The notes under the pieces were generated by a model, which saw nothing but the letters and a program-made list of their open reading frames with translations, made no database searches and was not told where the DNA came from. From NCBI RefSeq assembly GCF_009914755.1, contig NC_060938.1: a DNA stretch of 64,000 nucleotides; one strand, written 5' to 3'. Position numbers and translations under genes: made by a program. Positions 56,379-64,000 of the stretch are shown here, in pieces. This stretch comes from the human T2T-CHM13v2.0 reference genome, Homo sapiens. Within the stretch, counting starts at the first letter, position 1. Each line of letters opens with the position of its first letter.

Positions 56379-57117
56379 TCCCCTTACCAAATCCGTTAAG
56401 TGCATAGTAAATGCCCTCCTTTAGGTATGTAAAAGTAATGTTTTTGGCTCTAATTAATAGCTTGCTCCAAGGTGCCATTTCTTAAATTCTACTCACACAA
56501 GACTGTTCTCAATGTTAGAACAATGAATATACAGCTACACCAAGTTAAACCCCCAACTATCTGAAAGTGCAGAGGTTTTCAGGGTTAAACAGTTTCCTAA
56601 AAGCTTTGGGAAAATTCAGTGCATGGGCAATCTCTGCCTTGTGAATGTCTATCTGTACAGGCTTTAGAGGCTGTGCTGATACCATGTAGCTCTGTTCCTG
56701 AGATCAGTCCTGACAGTTCTCAGCTTACAGACCCTGTGGATAGGAGCCACATTCATTGTGATGGTCTAGGAAAAGACAGTGAGCATGGTATCAGGATGCT
56801 GAGTAAGTGTTTCTTTATGCTTTCTTCTTGATGGAGCACAGTTAAGAAAGTTCATGTGTTTGTCTGCCTGTCCATCCATCAAATCCTGAGTGTGTCCTAG
56901 TGAAAGTCATTGGTTAATTACTAGTGACATAAAGGCCAATATGACCCAGACTCTGCCCTCAAGAAGCTGGGGATCCAGAAGAGGGGATAGGCACATAAAC
57001 AAATAAAAGTGTTACTGTGCTTTCATAGGTGTGTGTCTAGGGTGTCGTGTAATCAATGAAAGGAAGCACCTGGTTCTACTTTGGGTGAGGTGGTTTAACA
57101 AAACATCCCATCTCGGG

Positions 57118-57433
<316 letters not shown>

Positions 57434-57459
57434 TTATCATTTACATGAACATAGTTTAG

Positions 57460-57700
<241 letters not shown>

Positions 57701-57960
57701 ATTTTGTTTTACAGATCGAAAAGATTATACCAGGTCTCACTGTGACTTGCAGTACTGTGAATGCTTCTTAGCAGTTAGGGTCTGTGCGTGCAGTGGAGTC
57801 TTGCCTTACCTAATCCTTTCAGGCACATCTACTACAGGGCTGCCACGATTGCTCAGCACAACTCAGGAATGACCTTCAGAAAGAGTTACCATCCATTTGT
57901 TTGTTCATTCCTTCATTCAACAAATATAGTGTATGTGTAAGTGTAATAATATATAATATA

Positions 57961-58272
57961 GGCCGGGCGCAGTGGCTCATGCCTGTAATCCCAGCACTTT
58001 GGGAGGCCGAGAGGGGTGGATCATGAGGTCAGGAGTTCAAGACCAGCCAGGCCAAAATGGTGAAACGCCATCTCTACTAAAACTACAAAAATTAGTTGGG
58101 TGTGGTGGTGGGTGCCTGTAATTCTAGCTACTCGGGAGATTGAGGCAGAGAATTGCTTGAACCCAGGAGGCAGAGGTTGCAGTGAGCCGAGATTGCACCA
58201 CTGCACTCCAGCCTGGGTGACAGAGCGAGACTCTGTCTCAAAAAAAAAAATAAAATAAAATAAAAATAAAAA
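57961..58272 (+). mobile_element. AluS-type SINE
   Basis: Full Alu with A/(TAAAA)n tail. Confidence 0.92.
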
Positions 58273-58614
58273 GATTATTATTATTTACAATAATCTGGGC
58301 AGAGGAAATGGCTCTGGTATGTGTAAAAGATGACAAAAAATGTGTGGCTGGAGGGGTTGGGTGCATTAAGAGTGGAAAGAAAGGAGTTCAGAGTGACAAG
58401 CTAAATCACATAGGGATTTGTAGGCAAGAAATTTTGGAAGTAAATGATGCAGAGCCGTGAGACAGTTTTTAGTGGGGGATTGATATTGATCTGATTTACT
58501 AGTTACATACAAAGAGTATTAAATCACCATATGGCCATAGGACACCCTTCTTACAGAAGACTGTATTTTCCAAAGATGGCCATACCTATGTATTTATCCC
58601 TTTCCAAATGTGCC

Positions 58615-58968
58615 TGATATGGTTTGGCTGTGTCCCCACCCAAATCTCATCTTGGATTGTAGCTTCCATGTGTTGTGGGAGGGACCTGGTGGGAGATAAT
58701 TGAATCATGGGGGCAGTTTTCCCCATACTGTTCTCGTGGTAGTGAGTAAGTCTCACGAGATCTGATGGTTTTACAAGAGGAATCCCCTTTCACTTGGTTC
58801 TCATTGCCTCTTTGCCTGCCACCATGTAAGACATGCCTTTCGCCTTCCACCATGATTGTGAGGCCTCCCCAGCCACGTGGAACTGTGAGTCCATTAAACC
58901 CCTTTTTCTTTATAAATTACCCAGTCTTGTGTATGTCTTTATCAGCAGCATGGGAACAGACTAATACA
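58615..58968 (+). mobile_element. THE1-type solo LTR nested in an older MLT1-type LTR (about 58545-59460)
   Basis: TGATATGGTTTGGCTGTGTCCCCACCCAAATCTC...GACTAATACA; 354 bp. Confidence 0.9.
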
Positions 58969-60099
58969 ATGTCTTTAACAATGTGACCCTCCAACAGCAG
59001 AGGGTCTATGTTTCCCCTCCTCAAAACTGGGCAGTGGCTTGGGACTGTCCCAACCAAAAGAATATGACAGATATGATCCTATGTGCCTTCTGAAGCCAGG
59101 TCATAACAAGAATACAGCTTCTGGCTGGCTTCTTCTCCCTCACTCTCTCTGTTTTTCCCTCCATCCCCCTCTCCACCCCTCTTCCTTTCCCTCTCCTTTT
59201 CTCCCTCCCATTTCTTCTCCTTGGATGCTCCCCATTGGATCTCAGCCAGCACCAACCACCTTGCCAGCCACGTGAGTGAGCCACCTTAGACAGGGATTCT
59301 ACAACCCTACTCAAGCCTTCAGATAACTATAGTAGCAACTGGTATCTGAATGCAACCTCACGGGAGACTCCAACAGAACCACCAAGCCAAGCCAAGATGC
59401 TGCTGATTCCTAAGCACAGAAACTGTGAGAGATAATGAGTTGTTTTTAGTTATTAAGTGTCTGAGATCTAGATTTCAGGAAGGCTTTGTAGTTCAAGGTA
59501 AGGATCTTAGATTTAACTCTAAGCATGATGAAAAGTCATTGCAGAGTTTTAGTAAGGAATTCATATGTTCTGGTTCACCAGTTACAAAAAAATATTATCA
59601 TACCCAGATAACTATAGGAAACCTTCGTTGTTCCTGAAAATTTCCTATATCTTTTGTCTTTGCAAGAAAGGAAGAGAACAGTGAGAGAGGGGAGAGAAAG
59701 AGAGCTCAAAAGACACAGATTGAAAAGAGAGCAAGGAAGGAAGAGATGAGACAAAGAAGCAGGAGCAGTTATTCTTCATTCCCTCTCTCTTTGGCCTGCC
59801 CAAGGACCCTCAGAGGACCTGTGAACCTCTTAGCCAAAACTAGCACTGTGGAAAAAGGGTGGAAGAGGAATTTGGGACAGGTCGGGTGAGGGCAGGCAGT
59901 CTTACCTCGTAGGCCTTTGCTACATGTTAAGGATGGGAGATTTTTACACAAAGAACCCAGGAAGAGATGCATTTATATAGCTTGCTATTGTGGGTGTAAT
60001 TAGCAGAGGAGTATAATGCAATTAGCTATTAATAAATCACCCTAAACTGAGATTGATAGTGAGCTATACCATGGGATACCCAAAGAAAAAGATGGAATA

Positions 60100-60510
<411 letters not shown>

Positions 60511-61228
60511 ATAGTCGAACCATCCAGACTTAGGGTCTTTTATATGACAGGCACAATGATCCAGCTACTGGATTCCATTAACATCATTATCTGACAACAT
60601 TAAATTAATTATCTCAATATATATTTTTCCAAAATCATTAATATGGGGGAAAACGACCTATAAATAAATGTTGTAAAGCAAACTACCAACTCCCTATCAC
60701 TTGAGGGGACGCCTTAAAAATAACAAAAGAGTCAAGGTCGGCGAATATAATAAGAAATTACTTTATAGTTAGTAACACCTCTTCAAAAACCTTTTTACCT
60801 CCTATTGTATATCTGTAGGAATTCCTCTTCTCCTGGGAATTAAATTTGATTATCAACAACCCCAGCCCCTGGAGTTATTTATTTTTGGCTGTTGTTGCTA
60901 TTAGCGTCATTTAATTTATGTTTAATCCCTATGGATTTGATGTGAAATGGGAAGGAGACAGTGATCCTGATTGCCTGAAGCAGCACAGTCTGTCTGACAT
61001 TTCATCTTTTCAATGATATGAGCCTCTGATTTAAAGTAGGAATTCTGATGCAGGCAGAGGCGGCCAAAATTCTATAACATTCAGTTTAGCTGCTGGCACC
61101 ATGCATGCAGACCTCATTACTTACACAGATTCCTTTTTAGCCCCCTCTTTTTGACTCCAGACACAGACGTCATTGCCCATAAATCACTAGTTGTTGTGAG
61201 TTAGAGTTTGGTAGGTCTCCTCACTTTA

Positions 61229-61603
<375 letters not shown>

Positions 61604-61911
61604 TCATTTTACTATCTATAGAGTAAAAACAAAAGAAAAACGCAAAAAGAATCTTAAAAAATGTCTTACACAGAGCACTTTTATTTCATATTTATGAAAT
61701 ACTTAATTAATGATAATAAAATGAGTTTTATTTTAGGTCCTCCCACAGTATTTATCAAACCTTAAGAGTCCTAAGATGAGTCAGTGCACACTCATGATAG
61801 GAGATGCTTCAACTCAAATGCAGAAAAGTTCATTCAGTACTCAGTTTGTATCAGTTTGTAGTTCACACTCTGAGAATGTCTCAGACACACAAGCTCAACT
61901 ATAAAACTGAT

Positions 61912-62243
61912 CAGAACAGGTATTCTTTTTTTTTTTTTTTTTATGCGTTAACATTACATTTATTTATTTATTTTTTTTTACTTTTTAATTTTCTTTTTTT
62001 TTTTTTTAATTTTTTTTTTTTTTATTATACTCTAAGTTTTAGGGTACATGTGCACATTGTGCAGGTTAGTTACATATGTATACATGTGCCATGTTGGTGC
62101 GCTGCACCCACTAACGTGTCATCTAGCATTAGGTATATCTCCCAATGCTATCCCTCCCCGCTCCCCCGACCCCACCACAGTCCCCAGAGTGTGATATTCC
62201 CCTTCCTGTGTCCATGTGATCTCATTGCAGAACAGGTATTCTT
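61912..62243 (-). mobile_element. 5'-truncated L1HS (pre-Ta) insertion with TSDs and 3' transduction
   Basis: About 204 nt of L1 3' UTR (62024-62227); ACG diagnostic at 62115-62117 and G diagnostic at 62032; perfect 16-bp TSD CAGAACAGGTATTCTT. Confidence 0.92.
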
Positions 62244-62527
62244 ATGGATGGTAAGAATTACAAATTATTGCCCAAAGTAAAGACTAACTATAAAATGAAA
62301 AGAAATATATTATGGGTAAGAGTGAATCTACAATGGTTTTGCTGTCTTAAAATCACTAATAAAGCATGTTATCAGTTTAATCAGCTACCATCTCTAAAGA
62401 TAGATGAGTGGCCAACATTAACTTTTAAAATTGATTATCTTAAAACTTAGTAATTGAAGTCCAGAGGCTGTCACAGAATTAATCTTTCTTTAGAAATCAT
62501 TTTGACATCATTAAAAAGTTAAAAAAA

Positions 62528-62640
62528 ATTTTAGAGACAAGATCTCATCAGGCTGGCCTGGAGCTCCTGGGCTCAAACCATCCTCCCACCTCAGTCTCCC
62601 CAGCAGCTCGGACTATAGGTGTATTGCACCACGCCCAACC
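62528..62640 (-). mobile_element. Alu monomer (FLAM-like)
   Basis: Reverse monomer flanked by repeated TTGACATCATT. Confidence 0.7.
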
Positions 62641-62711
62641 ATTGACATCATTTGAGAGCATGATTTATGACTTATACAGAGGAGAAAGAATTGAATCCTA
62701 TTTATACTCAT

Positions 62712-63544
<833 letters not shown>

Positions 63545-63765
63545 TTATACTCATTTTTATATTCATTTGGTTTATTACTTTGAAGTTATGATATTGTTAT
63601 TTCATTAAATCTAAAAGCCATCAACTGTAAGACACACCATTATTTTATATTCCAATAAGAAATAAAAGCACGGCCAATTGAAACATGAAAAAATGTTTTC
63701 TTATCACGTTGATTACAAGATATATCCTTGTATTCCACATTGATTGCAAATATTATAAAATGTGT

Positions 63766-64000
63766 GTGGTAGGTAGAATAATGGCACCCCAAACATCATG
63801 TCCACATCCTAATCCCTGGAACCCATAAATAGGTCACATGGCAAAAGAGAATTAAGGTTGCAAGTGGAATTAAGGTTGCTAACCAGTAAACACAGAGACT
63901 ATCAAAATGTAATCACAAGTCTCTTAAAAGTGGTAGAGGGAAGCAGAAGAGAGTCAGGAGGGGATGTGACTACGGATGAATGGTTAGAGAGAAACAAGTT
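63766..64000 (+). mobile_element. MLT1-type LTR running off the window edge
   Basis: TGTGGTAGGTAGAATAATGGC...ATCCTAATCCCTGGAACC. Confidence 0.8.

Noticed and set aside
61804-62280. 158-aa + strand ORF
   Set aside because: Read-through of poly-T and antisense L1 3' UTR

Overview
Human (primate Alu and human-specific L1HS content) genomic DNA lying entirely inside the minus-strand neuronal E3 ubiquitin ligase gene TRIM9, recognised from the translated exons. Six coding exons are resolved with GT-AG boundaries and matching phases: 33678-33773, 31248-31370, 18797-18907, 17493-17646, 9096-9253 and 6463-6601. By recollection these are exons 2-7 and encode the coiled coil, COS box and FN3 domain. 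The RING/B-box exon lies beyond the right edge and the SPRY exons beyond the left edge, so 33774-64000 is part of the long first intron. Read-through of the exon-7 donor gives the SPRY-less short isoform (ends ...[18 protein letters not shown], stop at 6413) with its own intron-derived 3' UTR. The strongest signal is in that UTR: 5344-5365 pairs with both the seed and the entire 3' end of miR-218-5p around a central loop, the architecture of a target-directed miRNA degradation (TDMD) trigger that only the short isoform carries. Other items worth checking: a pre-Ta L1HS insertion with a 3' transduction tag, a 36-bp near-perfect hairpin, a locally templated inverted duplication inside nested DNA transposons, a UG-repeat-backed cryptic acceptor (TDP-43 type), and candidate micro/poison exons. 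The remainder is ordinary Alu/L1/L2/MIR/LTR/DNA-transposon content; repeat subfamily calls were made by eye and boundaries are approximate.
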